Source of the DNA: Tubiluchus corallicola
Taxonomy: Eukaryota > Animalia > Priapulida
Assembly: GCA_030141605.1 (NCBI GenBank)
Contig: JAQGDQ010001153.1
Span: 1 to 59,061 of the forward strand
Length of the DNA stretch: 59,061 nt
Direction of reading: 5' to 3'
Both the position numbers and the translations under genes were made by a program. Under the pieces are notes generated by a model, which saw nothing but the letters and a program-made list of their open reading frames with translations, searched no databases and had not been told where the DNA came from. Of this stretch, positions 25,630 to 38,425 are shown piece after piece (position 1 is the stretch's first letter; the number at the start of each line of letters is the position of its first letter).

Positions 25630-27507
25630 CTTGATCACAGGGGCGTAGCCAGGTTCCAAAGTTGGGGGGAGCAAGCAAATACTAAAAGGGCACTCTGACA
25701 CATGAAACAAGCTTCACTTGATCACAGGGGCGTAGCCAGGTTCCAAAGTTGGGGGGAGCAAGCAAATACTAAAATGACACTGACACATGAAACAAGCTTC
25801 ACTTGATCACAGGGGCGTAGCCAGGTTCTAAAGTTGGGGGGAGCAAGCAAATACTAAAATGGCACTGTGACACATGAAACAAGCTTCACTTGATCACAGG
25901 GGCGTAGCCAGGTTCTAAAGTTAGGGGGAGCAAGCAAATACTAAAATGGCACTGTGACACATGAAACAAGCTTCACTTGATCACAGGGGCGTAGCCAGGT
26001 TCCAAAGTTGGGGGGAGCAAGCAAATACTAAAATGACACTGACACATGAAACAAGCTTCACTTGATCACAGGGGCGTAGCCAGGTTCTAAAGTTGGGGGG
26101 AGCAAGCAAATACTAAAATGGCACTGTGACACATGAAACAAGCTTCACTTGATCACAGGGGCGTAGCCAGGTTCTAAAGTTAGGGGGAGCAAGCAAATAC
26201 TAAAATGGCACTGTGACACATGAAACAAGCTTCACTTGATCACAGGGGCGTAGCCAGGTTCTAAAGTTGAGGGGAGCAAGCAAATACTAAAATGGCACTG
26301 TGACACATGAAACAAGCTTCACTTGATCACAGGGGCGTAGCCAGGTTCTAAAGTTAGGGGGAGCAAGCAAATACTAAAATGGCACTGTGACACATGAAAC
26401 AAGCTTCACTTGATCACAGGGGCGTAGCCAGGTTCTAAAGTTGAGGGGAGCAAGCAAATGCTAAAATGACATTGTGACACATGAAACAAGCTTCACTTGA
26501 TCACAGGGGCGTAGCCAGGTTCTAAAGTTAGGGGGAGCAAGCAAATACTAAAATGGCACTGTGACACATGAAACAAGCTTCACTTGATCACAGGGGCATA
26601 GCCAGGTTCTAAAGTTGAGGGGAGCAAGCAAATGCTAAAATGACATTGTGACACATGAAACAAGCTTCACTTGATCACAGGGGCGTAGCCAGGTTCTAAA
26701 GTTAGGGGGAGCAAGCAAATACTAAAATGGCACTGTGACACATGAAACAAGCTTCACTTGATCACAGGGGCGTAGCCAGGTTCTAAAGTTCGGGGGAGCA
26801 AGCAAATACTAAAATGGCACTGTGACACATGAAACAAGCTTCACTTGATCACAGGGGCGTAGCCAGGTTCTAAAGTTGAGGGGAGCAAGCAAATGCTAAA
26901 ATGACATTGTGACACATGAAACAAGCTTCACTTGATCACAGGGGTGTAGCCAGGTTCTAAAGTTAGGGGGAGCAAGCAAATACTAAAATGACACTGACAC
27001 ATGAAACAAGCTTCACTTGATCACAGGGGCGTAGCCAGGTTCTAAAGTTGGGGGGGAGCAAGCAAATACTAAAAGGGCACTCTGACACATGAAACAAGCT
27101 TCACTTGATCACAGGGGCGTAGCCAGGTTCTAAAGTTGGGGGGAGCAAGCAAATACTAAAATGGCACTGTGACACATGAAACAAGCTTCACTTGATCACA
27201 GGGGCGTAGCCAGGTTCTAAAGTTAGGGGGAGCAAGCAAATACTAAAATGGCACTGTGACACATGAAACAAGCTTCACTTGATCACAGGGGCGTAGCCAG
27301 GTTCTAAAGTTAGGGGGAGCAAGCAAATACTAAAATGGCACTGTGACACATGAAACAAGCTTCACTTGATCACAGGGGCGTAGCCAGGTTCTAAAGTTGA
27401 GGGGAGCAAGCAAATGCTAAAATGACATTGTGACACATGAAACAAGCTTCACTTGATCACAGGGGTGTAGCCAGGTTCTAAAGTTGGGGGGAGCAAGCAA
27501 ATACTAA
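25630..27507. repeat. 87-bp satellite array B, ~21-22 copies, lacking the right TIR
   Basis: Same unit as array A with its own variants (AAATGGCAC, GTTAGGGG, GTTGAGGG); ends abruptly mid-unit. Confidence 0.98.
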
Positions 27508-27547
27508 GCACTCTAGAAATGGCAACCAAGATGTGAAAAAAATAGTT

Positions 27548-27840
27548 AATAATTAATAATAATAATAATTATAATAATAATAATAATCTTTATTTAAAGT
27601 CGGCTATTGGGTCAACAATTAACATTAGCTCAAAGAGCTATTATCGCCGACTGTAAATAACAATCTACAACTACATAACAGAGACTATTATTACCCCACT
27701 TTTACCCTAAATACCACGCATCAGGCAGGGCAACAGCAGGTACCACTTTTAAAGTCTTTGGTATTACACGCCCGCTGGTTCGAACTCACGACCTGCCAGA
27801 TGGAAAGCAGACGCATTACCACTAGACTAAACCGTCTGGT
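27548..27840 (-). mobile_element. tRNA-derived SINE, MetaSINE-like
   Basis: Minus strand: A box TAGTCTAGTGG, B box GAGTTCGAACC, then ATACCAAAGACTTTAAAAGTGGTACCTGCTG... (resembles the Meta domain as recalled, not searched), AATAAA and (ATT)n tail. Confidence 0.8.
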
Positions 27841-28824
27841 CATAAATGAGCCCTTTATTCATTTCTATTATTTTAGCATTAGTAAAAGACACAAAAAAAG
27901 TCTGACAGCCTTTTTTTTAAAAATTAGTAAGGAAATTTGCAAGATGAAAGTAAAAAAACTCAATTGTTTTCACAGATGCTACACAACGACATCAGCTCAA
28001 GTTAACCACAAATGTTTAAGCTTATAGTGTTTACTGTAAGAGATTCAAAAACCGAACTTGTTGCCATTATACCTAGCATTAACTCCTTTTAGAGAAAGAC
28101 AATTGATTTTTCTGAGCAGGCTAGACTTAAAAATGTTTCCTTTAAGCTCTCCTTAAACGTGAGCTGCTGCAATTTGATATTATCACAGCGTAATGCAAAG
28201 AAAAAGCGAAAGTGCACAATGTGTTGTTTGATCCCCGGCAATCTTGTTTGATCAGTAATCTTCTCAAAAAGCAAAAATTTGTGATGGTGCTGTGAACGTG
28301 CAATTTCAATTATCTATTTGAAACACGCAAAACACTATCATTGCACGCAAAAACGCAAATGCACACCTCTCACAATGACCAGAATAATATTGTACAATGT
28401 AGCCTACATAAAGAATACAAACGAGCAAAAATGACTCATTTTGCTCAAAGCACTAAAGAATATTTCATGCTGACTGTACAAAACATGCTCCATAATTACT
28501 GAGTAGCTTGAAAGCTAATGAAAAGTACATGTCGAAAAAAGCTTTGAAAGTCATCTCCACAAGATAATGTAATCTGACGTGGCAAAGAAGATTATTGCAA
28601 AATAGAATATCAACGGAATTTGAGAACACTGTAAAATGAGAATGTACGAAAAGCGCCCAAGAAGTTACTAAAGACGCAGCACTAAGAAACAGAAAGGAAG
28701 GATTATCTCTGTGATTTTTTGGTAAAATATTTAAGAAAGCAATACTGTCAGCAAGAAGTGGACTTATAATAAATGAACATTTCATCTTACAACATTAACA
28801 CTTAGTCTTTAGCATGTTATATGG

Positions 28825-29167
28825 AATTAACCTTTTCACAGTTCCAGCGATTGATGATGATCAACAATGCCTCGAAGCCCAAGCTGTTGTAATAGTAAGC
28901 GTTTCAACAGCTAGCTAGAATCCTGCCTAGTTCATTTTTTTCTTGTTCCCAAGCAAGATCCTGCTAGTAAATCACTCTGCACAGACTAATGAATAATTAA
29001 GTAAAATCCATGTAAAACAACTGAAGTTACTGAATTATTGCATCAGACGGCTTTGCTTTACACACGTTTCATGTGACGGTTGTAGTTAAGATGCACTGCT
29101 GTGGTACACTTAACTTTTGACCTACAGCAAATGCGCCTGCGCACAACAAAACTGTGGAAGGGTTATT
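28825..29167 (-). mobile_element. Non-autonomous DNA transposon family, copy with both ends
   Basis: Ends AATTAACCTTTTCACAGTT / AACTGTGGAAGGGTTATT; reverse complement of the copies at 563 and 11040. Superfamily not assigned. Confidence 0.75.
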
Positions 29168-29903
29168 AAAGTGACAAAATGCAGGAACAAAATGCAGTTA
29201 TTACATTTACACTCAAAAAAGTGTGGAACAGAAAACAAAATCTAGGGCTGTCAGTTTTGCAAACAAGATCAGTCACAAAAACACGGTATAACTTCTAATT
29301 AAATACTGACTAACACTTTATAGCATTAAGAGCCGACTATAGTTTGTTCCGGCACTTATCCTTGATTTTAGGAATGGGAAAATACGGTATTTATTAAATT
29401 TGTCATTTGCTGCAAGTTAAGTGGTTGTGTAAGCACTATTAAATTAAGAGGTGACTTCAATGAGCAAGTGTTGCAGTCGTGTGCGAGGGAGGTACAAAGG
29501 CTGGCGGCCATTTTGACAAAATGTCAGAATAGTGAAGATGCAAGTGATTTCACTGGCAAAGCAAGTAGTAGTTACTCAAGATTACTTACAGTTTTGTTTT
29601 CATTAGAGATGAAAATGACAAAACAATTTGCTAATTTTTCCGGTTGATGCTGCCGCACATGGTCACACAAATGCCACACATTTTCTTCACTGTTAAGAAG
29701 AATAATTTCACAAATAAAGTATAAACCATTAATGGAATACATTTTTTTCCTATACTGTATCACTAGAAACGAAATACTTGCTACAGGAAAAATATATTCC
29801 CATGTTTTAACATAAACTACTTGTGGCCTGTAATACTAAATAAGAACATTATTCGTGTGTATCGTAAATCAGTTATGCAGAAGCTTTAGTGTGCTGATAC
29901 ACT

Positions 29904-30344
29904 TAGGGTTACAATACGTCCGGGTTTCCCCGGACACGTCCTCTTTTTGGGCCTCTGTCCGGACAGGTTTTCAAAAAATCGGCAGTTTATCCGAGTTTTG
30001 CCTCAATCCGTAAGTATGTACGGACATTGCCAACTGCAGAGGCTTAGGACAGTACAAGACAAAGAAAAGCTCGTTAATTTTCAATACAAGATGTTGTTAA
30101 CATCTCAAAATGCAACCCTTGTAAAAGCTTTGTGGACATATTTACTGAACAAAAGTAAGCGATGCGCACATCACTATGGGTCACACGACTCACACCGCTG
30201 TTGATGCTCGGCGTATTCGAACCGAACATCTGAAAGAATACTGCAAATTTGTTGAAGTGGATGTCCTAGACTGGTCATTTTGGCCTACTTACAAGTGTGC
30301 GAAAAAGTGTCCTCTTTTTCAACTCAGACAATATGGTAACCCTA
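29904..30344. mobile_element. hAT MITE
   Basis: TIRs TAGGGTTACAATA / TATGGTAACCCTA; perfect 8-bp TSD GATACACT. Confidence 0.92.
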
Positions 30345-30566
30345 GATACACTATCAACTCAAGTTGGGCAAACTGCAAACAGAATTTTTTTGGAAAAGCT
30401 TTAAGCCTTTAGTCATCTCAACTGACTTTACACAAAGATGAGAGTTTGCCACTGCTGATTGAATGTTTATGATACAAGTACCTACTTTTACTATAATTAT
30501 ATGTCAATACAGAATAGTTACTAATAACTTATAGTTATATAACATAAATAATGGAATGTAACTTAC

Positions 30567-30711
30567 CAGTAACATTTAGTATAAATGCAATCAGACTTAT
30601 TAGGCAGAAGTGACATGTATCTAGTAAAGTCACTTGTCCTACGAATGCTGTCCGTACTTTCTTTTTCTTATTTTGAGATCATCTTATCTTCTTGACTACG
30701 ATAGTATTGTA
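30567..30711 (-). other. Candidate 145-nt exon (non-coding or stop-containing)
   Basis: TTGTTTTGCAG| acceptor and CTG|GTAAGT donor; all three frames reach a stop. Confidence 0.45.
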
Positions 30712-31072
30712 CTGCAAAACAACTAACCGTGTCAGATCTAATGTATGTATGTATAATAAAGTATAGTTTCTCATTGCCAAAGAACAGGGATAAAAATCTT
30801 TTGTAATTTTGTAAATAATTACAGAAAACTGAATCTACAATTATGAAGTTTTTAAACAAATTAGTCACCCAAATGTTATGTGTTCCAGTTGCTACTAATC
30901 AAATGCATTTGTATTGTTTCTTGCAAAACGTTATAACGCAAATATAGATTATACAACATAAAATGAAATTTGGATGATTTTGCTTTAAAATAAAAAGTTT
31001 AGGGATACAAACCTGAAATTTTAACCACTAAGTCACTCACACTTTTGTGACTAATTCTGTCATAAGTACTAA

Positions 31073-31709
31073 TAGGGTTTCCACCTAATCACGAACTCAA
31101 ATCAGGAATCAAGAACCAACTAGGGTAGTCTCGGGGAAACTAAACAACACAACGCATTTCATGTATTTTAGACGTTTTATGAGGCCTTTTTCAGACACAA
31201 AAGTCTAGAAATTTAAACTGCTACGTAGTAAATTTCTTGATCTTAGTCTCTAAAAACCCTATTTGTCTAAAACTTACAAAAGTGCAATTTTTGGAATTCC
31301 TTCACAGTCCCAATTCATTTCTCACATTTTTAAGGTCTTTGGTGATACTTTTTAGCGATCAAAGATCTTTATGTTATGTGAATTAAAGCTAAAGCGGAAG
31401 AATACTTGCATTGCACCACTTACCGCTCCAGCAAAAATTGGAGGAAAAAACATAGATGGTGTGAAATGAAGCCTTGCAACCGATTAAACTTAATTTAATA
31501 AGTTAACTGTCATCTTCGTTAACAGAGATTACAATGCTTTTAGCTTAACCTTATGTAAAGTTTAAATAGCATGCAAGTTGTTGTATTTTTACTTTATGTG
31601 ATGGTCGAAATAAGGAGATTTCAGAATTTTTCAAAAATCAGACCAAACTACGAATCTATGGCTGAATTTCAGGAGACTCTGGGCCAAATCAGGAGGAGTG
31701 GCAACCCTC
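31073..31709. mobile_element. Older hAT MITE
   Basis: TIRs TAGGGTTTCCAC / GTGGCAACCCTC; TSD AGTACTAA / AGCACTGA (6/8). Confidence 0.6.
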
Positions 31710-32050
31710 AGCACTGATAGCCTAAGATGTCACCCGAGGTTACACGAAGTAACTAGAACAATCTTAAAACTAGTTAACTGTAAACCTAAACTCAAAGGTT
31801 GGATAATCTGGTGGTGATAAAGTTCGGTTTGCATCCCACGGTCAAGTTTTTAATGAATTAATTCTGGATGCAAATGAATATAAATTGAAGTATATCTACA
31901 AAATGTGTAATTTCAATTATTTTATAGTTTTCTTTCATCCCCGAAATTCCTAAGTTAACCTAAAAAATAATGCACCATTTTCCCTTCAAAAATGTTGCAT
32001 CACACTCGACAAAATGCTGTTTTGTACAGTTTTTCTATTTGTAATTTTAA

Positions 32051-32626
32051 CCCTTACAGGGTCACCGGGGGATAAAAAATTACCCCCAGACCGGTTTTTT
32101 GCATTTTACCTTTTTACCGCATGCATACCAGTAAACCTCTTCTATGACTTTTTCTAAATACGTTTTGTGCACAAAATACTTTCAGTTATTTATTTTAGGC
32201 GCATTGTCTCAGCACGAAATAAAATTGAAAATGCAATATGCGGATTTTTTAAAATTGTCGAAACTTTACTTCGCTTGTCTATACATTATACATTATTAAT
32301 GTCTATACATTAATTACTCCACCTAAAAGAAGAAAGTAGTAGACAATAAATTCAAAATAACGATGATTTTTGCACACGCGCTAGCAATGTCGGTTGTCTA
32401 CAGTTATTCCAGCATAGATAAGGGAACGTAACTAAGTGAATTTAAATTTCGTATTACTAGTAAGTCACGTGTCTTTAAGCAGAGGTATAATGTATCCTAT
32501 GGTGGTCAGTATAACCACAAATTATGCTGTTGCTGTTTACTAATGAAACACGGCGGGTTATCAAAATTTTTACCCCCCCCCCCCGGTTATGAAAATCGGT
32601 TGTAAATAATCGTGACCCTATAAGGG
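32051..32626. mobile_element. piggyBac-type MITE, second family
   Basis: TTAA TSD; TIRs CCCTTACAGGGTCAC / GTGACCCTATAAGGG (14/15). Confidence 0.9.
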
Positions 32627-33083
32627 TTAAACCAATTCAAGCAATAGTATTCTGATTTTTTTCGTACTTGCCAAATATTATAGAACTAAACTTCCTCAGC
32701 GAAGTAAACAATAATCATTATGAAAGTAAAATTAAATGTACATAAAACTATATTGTCATTATTACATAATCCGAGATCGTACTATTACATATATCAATCA
32801 GATGACAATTATAATATCTGAGGTTGTTGTAATATCACGTAATTGCAGCAAGATGGACATGAAACGTCATAACGTGCAATGAATTGAACAATCTGCATTC
32901 AATGTTGCTGTTACAAGACACATATTACTTGGTACTTTCACTGACAGTACAAAACTTTTGTACATACATGTAGCAAAAAAAACTCACTAAGCATAAATCA
33001 ATCAATATAATAGCTATCGATAATCAACATTTTCAAGTAATACTAGTAGTATCTCAATATCAAACATAGTGGTATTGCAATTA

Positions 33084-33563
33084 CCATATATACGTATGTA
33101 CAAGTCAACCTTATGTACAAGTCGACGTGCATTTTAAGACCTAAAATTGCATTATTTTACATATTATTTGTGTATAAGTCGATCATAAAATATTAAGATC
33201 TTCCAGAGTAAATGATGTCAACAATGGCCGAGTAATAAATCAATAGCCTACTGTGTTAGTGTGCAAGATACGAGCAAGTGCCTGGGCCGTGTATATTATA
33301 CCTACCCGATGTATATATATTCATGTTGAGGGCCCTCAATGCAATCCATGATAATGCAGCCAGGCCTTTCATTGCGCATAATTGTTTGTAATGCCTAGGA
33401 TATTGCGGTCAGGATATAATGAAGGATTATTTCTTTATATACTCGTATTGCAGACGACTCTTTAGCGACATCTACCAAAAACATATCGTATGTATAAGTC
33501 GGCCTCAAAAATTTCACCTTAAAATCGCCTCCAAAAATTTGACTTGTACGTAACTATATACGG
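33084..33563. mobile_element. pogo/Tc1-mariner-type MITE
   Basis: TA TSD; TIRs CCATATATACGTATGTACAAGTC / GACTTGTACGTAACTATATACGG; internal TATAAGTCG repeats. Confidence 0.8.
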
Positions 33564-33864
33564 TAGTCAAAAAGATTAAAATGCTAATACAATATGCTCC
33601 TTCTATATTAAGCCTAACGAAGGAACTTTCCATGTGTTTATTTCAAACAAACATTCACTTTGACTAAAAAAAACTCTCCGTAATAAATTACGATAAGTAA
33701 AATAGACATTTCACCTTAGCATTGTCAACTATAGACTTTAGATTGCAATCCACAACAAAATCTAATTAATCAAACAGTTCCTCTTAAATGCAAAAGTAGT
33801 ACCATATAGGAAGGCATAATTTCTTTCAATCTGTAACTTTTCATGTATTAAAAATCATAACTAG

Positions 33865-35145
33865 TTAGCTTTTTAAAGCAGCAGCTGCCGGAGCTTGAGT
33901 AATCCTTATAGGAACAGCATTTCCACCAGCAGGAGATGATTCACTTTTTTCTAAAGCTTTTCTTATATGTTGCATTTCCTGTCGAGGATCCTTCTTTGGC
34001 AGGGGAGGACACTTACACTTATCCCGTAACGTTTCGGCATTCGGAACTAACTTGTCCAGATTTTCGGATCGCGAATCGTTTGCAGGATGCGTCGACAACC
34101 ACGCAATATCCTTCTCACCTTTCAGCTCCTGCCGTACGGACATCGTGTCCCAGAACACGGTGCTTTCTCGCACGTCAAAGCACGCCTTTGCAGCCAGTTG
34201 CAGGCCCACTTCATCAGCTTCCGTTTCCAGTTTTCTGTTGTAAGGCATTTCTAGCATCACCTGAGCCACTTTATGCAAGAACCACTGGGTCACAAGTGCA
34301 ATACTATCACTAGGCAGAAACATCCAGATGGCCGCCATGCCAAAGATAATAACAACATCTACTAGTTGAGCAAAACTCACTAGTTCCGCTCCATGACTTA
34401 ATATGGCATGAGCCATCTCATGGCCTAACACAATCCCGAGCTGATCATCATTAGTCACTGTTTGCAGCATTCCAGCAAATACAAATATCTGCCCGTTTGG
34501 CATGACAAAAGCATTCGGAGAACTGTCGTCAACGACTGTGACAGACCATGCTTTGATACTGTTTATAAGATGTATGTCTTGATTGCTGTCGTGCAATCGT
34601 CTGGCCACCCTCAACACTCTAGCATAGTATGGGTGTGTCTTATGAAGAAATTTTGTTCCAAGTTGTTCTACTGTCATCTGATACTCAACGTCTACAATCT
34701 TCTGAAACTGTTTGGGAGTAAAAGCAATAAATCGTTTTCTATGCGTCACAGGCGCTTCTTCTAGATGAGATAGGTAATACATCATTCCGAAGCCTCCACA
34801 TGCAATGCCGCCTGCTGCCAGTCTATACTTATTTTTATTCATGACTCCGAGGAAAAACTCACGCTTCTTTAATGGTAAGGCTTGCCACCACTTTCTAAAG
34901 CCCCTTCCCCAAAGAATAGCACTAACTTTTGCCAGAGGTTTAAACAGAGCCCAGAAGAGAGGTGCCGCATTGTTCCTCCCAGAAGTATGTAAGCAGCGTT
35001 GATACAAGCACTTCGAAGAGTAAACTTCAGTTTGATAGTGCACTTTTATTGCTTGAATTGAAAATCGTGACAACGAATGTCCCAACTGTAACGTTCTTTT
35101 GAAAAGGTGCGCACGTCTTTGGACGGCACTCACGACTAATTCCAT
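33865..35145 (-). CDS. OMA1: Metalloendopeptidase OMA1, mitochondrial (peptidase M48), 426 aa, uninterrupted CDS
   Basis: Basic presequence-like N-terminus; GRGFRKWWQALP; HLEEAPVTHRKRFI; PNAFVMPNGQIFVFAGML; zinc motif HEMAH; hydrophobic segments; PYNRKLETEADEVG; WLSTHP; CKCPPLP. All are characteristic of animal OMA1. Confidence 0.96.
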   Translation of the reverse strand: MELVVSAVQRRAHLFKRTLQLGHSLSRFSIQAIKVHYQTEVYSSKCLYQRCLHTSGRNNAAPLFWALFKPLAKVSAILWGRGFRKWWQALPLKKREFFLGVMNKNKYRLAAGGIACGGFGMMYYLSHLEEAPVTHRKRFIAFTPKQFQKIVDVEYQMTVEQLGTKFLHKTHPYYARVLRVARRLHDSNQDIHLINSIKAWSVTVVDDSSPNAFVMPNGQIFVFAGMLQTVTNDDQLGIVLGHEMAHAILSHGAELVSFAQLVDVVIIFGMAAIWMFLPSDSIALVTQWFLHKVAQVMLEMPYNRKLETEADEVGLQLAAKACFDVRESTVFWDTMSVRQELKGEKDIAWLSTHPANDSRSENLDKLVPNAETLRDKCKCPPLPKKDPRQEMQHIRKALEKSESSPAGGNAVPIRITQAPAAAALKS

Positions 35146-35282
35146 GACATCGAAGACTGACTCAATCCGGTGTTATCTGATATCTTGTGCAAACATCAGC
35201 CTGCAGCTAATAGTGAAATAGCGAAGTGTTGATAGTTATATGAACGAAAATATGCAATTTATTGTGTCATATAAGGTCATAC

Positions 35283-35430
35283 CGATATACTCGCAAAACC
35301 ATAAAGAAGGGCACTCAACAGACCTCCGTAGATGCTGAGTAACTTGCCATTCATGCAGGGATAAATTTGTTGTCGATCGAATCGTTCTTGTTGTCAACGT
35401 AACGTAATTGTCCAATCCGCATCCAAGCAT
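35283..35430 (-). other. Candidate leader exon upstream of OMA1
   Basis: CTCAGAAATAG| acceptor, TCG|GTATGA donor; an 82-nt intron (35201-35282) ends TTAGCTGCAG| 55 nt before the OMA1 ATG. Confidence 0.45.
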
Positions 35431-36471
35431 CTATTTCTGAGATATTAAAGGAAAAACTGTTTAGTTACTGGATGATTAATAGCCAAGCACCAGACTCGCA
35501 ATTATGGAACTCGGACCTGATCCGGATTTGCTTTGCCGGAACCGTTATGGACACAGACAACATGTCTCTATATGTCCTATAGATCTGCGCCAGATCCAGT
35601 TCCGGCCACCAAAATCCGGATCCGGTTACTTTATTAACATTTGGTGCAAGCACTTTTTGTTTGATTGACCTGCAGCTTTTACAGCAGTAGCATGCTTATA
35701 ATGTACGTATAATAACATGTCAGTTTGTAAAAACTAAAAATGTGATTTCAAAACTTCTAGAAAGATACCGAATATTGAAAGTTATATAAATGCACAGACA
35801 CGCTAAATACCCAAAACAGCAAAATTTAATGCAACAAAAAGCAATATTTAGCCAGTAGCCTATCGATTGTAACACAAACAAGCTGTATATATTTGGATTT
35901 CTTATACAATCAAATATCTGGTAATACCGTACCGGACTTTTCTCATCAGACCTACGTTAGATAGTGATTTTTACCGGATTTAGGACTTAAGGTTCCAGAT
36001 ATGGTGCAACCCTAAAGACTTAACAATTGTGTTTGATTATTTCAAAAAAGAACGTCAGTACATGTATTCAAACCATAAAAAATGACACCAACGAACTACG
36101 TGGCCTCAGCCAAGATCCAGTTTTTAAAACTGCATTTTTCAGCATCGAGTATCCCTTACTGAGTATCCCTTATCCCTGCACATCTATTAAAATTGTTGCA
36201 TGCGGGTCAGTCAAGCTTCCGCCTTTTATAAATGACAGTGGTCATGTCCAAATTCTTCCCGAAATACAGAGAATAATCGGTTGATTTTTAGTTTATTCAT
36301 CTTCTTGTTCTATTTTAAGAATAAAATTAATCAACTTTGCATTTCTGAGTTTTTTCTTGGCAATATTTCCTGAAACCTTAATTAAATAGATCCACAACTT
36401 TCTGAGATTACACGAGTATGAGTATTTTAACAGTGACTGAAATCAGTGATTTAAACAGAATCACTGTATAC

Positions 36472-36885
36472 TAGGGGTGAGCATCGAATGTTCGAGTTCG
36501 AAATTCGATTCGAACGAGTTTTTTTAGTTCGAACTCGATTCGAATCCAAAACTATAGATTCGAATAATTCAGCACTTCAATAACATACGTTCTTTATCAC
36601 TAAAACGATTGAAACATCATGCAATTAGCATAATTTAGCTGTGATTTCTCCACACAATTTTAAACAAATTACTAGTCGTTTTATTGCAGAACAAAATCTA
36701 GTGACATGCATGATCTTTGTAAGACTAATTTTTGCTGGCGGTTTGAAATCTTGTTCGAAAATCTTTCGATCTCAATTCGAATTCGGTTTGAATTCGAAAC
36801 ACTGAAGTTCGGTTCGATTTGAATTCGAAAATCACAAATTTGGCTCGATTCAAGTTCACTTTCTGGTAGAGAATGCTCACCCCTA
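36472..36885. mobile_element. hAT MITE
   Basis: TIRs TAGGGGTGAGCAT / ATGCTCACCCCTA; TSD CTGTATAC / CTGTACAC; TTCGAA subterminal repeats. Confidence 0.92.
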
Positions 36886-38425
36886 CTGTACACACACTAC
36901 ACAAACCTCCTTGGCAATTCTTAATGTAACTATTAACAAGTAAAATAGTACTAGTATTAGCAAGCAGTTTTTAAAAATCAGGATACAATATGCTAAGTAC
37001 ATATGATGTGGTGGAAGATCACACTTTGCCAGTTTTACAACTTTTGGTAAGGTGGTTGAACAAAATTTATAGAGTGCGCCACCATAGCTGCAAAGTGATC
37101 ATTTGATAGCACTATAAGCATGTATTTAATTGAAAAAATGCATTTCAAATAATTAAATAGTTTTGAAATGACAGGCAGTTAAAGTTCCAAAAAACGGTCG
37201 CGTTTTAGGAGTAACAAAAAATGGCTAAGTCCGGTTTGAGCAAAAAGTTAAAAATTGTACTTTTATCATTCTATTATTTATAATTAAAAAATCCAAATAC
37301 AGATTTTAGTATGTTAATATTGTTAAATGGAATGCGTTGCATAAGAAATAATCATATCATGTCACATGGCATCATAGTATTCATTTTTCCAGCATCCAAA
37401 AAACCCCCAAATGATGTTTTACCTTAACAGGTGTAAAAATGGACCTTTTATGAAAGTGTGCTAACTTGTCAACTTTAGAGTGTTATAAAAGATGCCAATT
37501 CAGCTGGTAGTTAAGTATTAATGTAATTTTTGGTAGCCCAGTGTAGTGTAACTAGATAATCATAAATATTTTGTACCTCCACATTTCTGCTAGGAAAAAT
37601 TTTTACAGGAAAAACAGCATTTTCGTGAGTACTACCAAACTTACCATATCAAAAGTTTTGGTAAATGTCGACTGTACATGTTCTTTGCTTAGTTTAGTAT
37701 ATTGTTTTTGCTATCAGTTTTGCAACGTTTATCATTTCAAGTAAACTAATTTCTGTCTGGCAAAAGGAATTAGTAGTGCCAAAGAAATCTGTTTCATATT
37801 ATCTCGTGAAAACTTTTTTTCGAATTATGTAAACTATAAAAATGCGACGTGAAAATGTTCATTTTAACAAATTTGGCATCCACTATCGAAAATATTAGCA
37901 AAACCAAGAAAATAGCCGGAGTCACAGCGGGTATAATAAAGGGATTATGTTGTTATTTTGCTAATAAACAGATATTTTGCAGCCCATTGCGGGTTGCCCG
38001 TTCAGTGTATAATCTTTGTCTTATTAATAAAAACGGTCATTTTCACCATTTTAAATGAGGATAAGCAGTAGCCTTTAAAGTTAGTGAAATCTTTCACAAA
38101 CAGGAAAATGAAGAAAATAATCGGCAAGGAAAGCGTTAGAAATTACTTAAGTTGGGAAGGGTGACAACATCGATGTTATGCAGAATTCAATTGGAAACAA
38201 TCAATGATGTGGGCTATAACCTGACATTGAAAAATTATACAAGTCTGTACTCTATACTATTGACAATTTTAGTCATGTCGGCCTAAGATGAAGAGTAGCC
38301 ACAATATCGGGAAAGTTCTGCAAACCTCGAAACACATGAGAACCAAGGATTTTAATCAGCCAATGTCATCACCAGCAAAGGAATTTAATGATTCAATTTC
38401 AAATTTCATGAAAATCGCAGCTTAC

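Noticed and set aside
33936-35002. Plus-strand ORFs overlapping OMA1
   Set aside because: Antisense shadows of the real CDS.
35283-35354. SLC35D nucleotide-sugar transporter first exon (LLSALLYG resembles its first TM helix)
   Set aside because: Similarity covers about 10 hydrophobic residues and no downstream transporter exons were found.
37000-38078. Possible Kolobok-like element ending AGTAGCCT-TTAA
   Set aside because: Matching left terminus not found.
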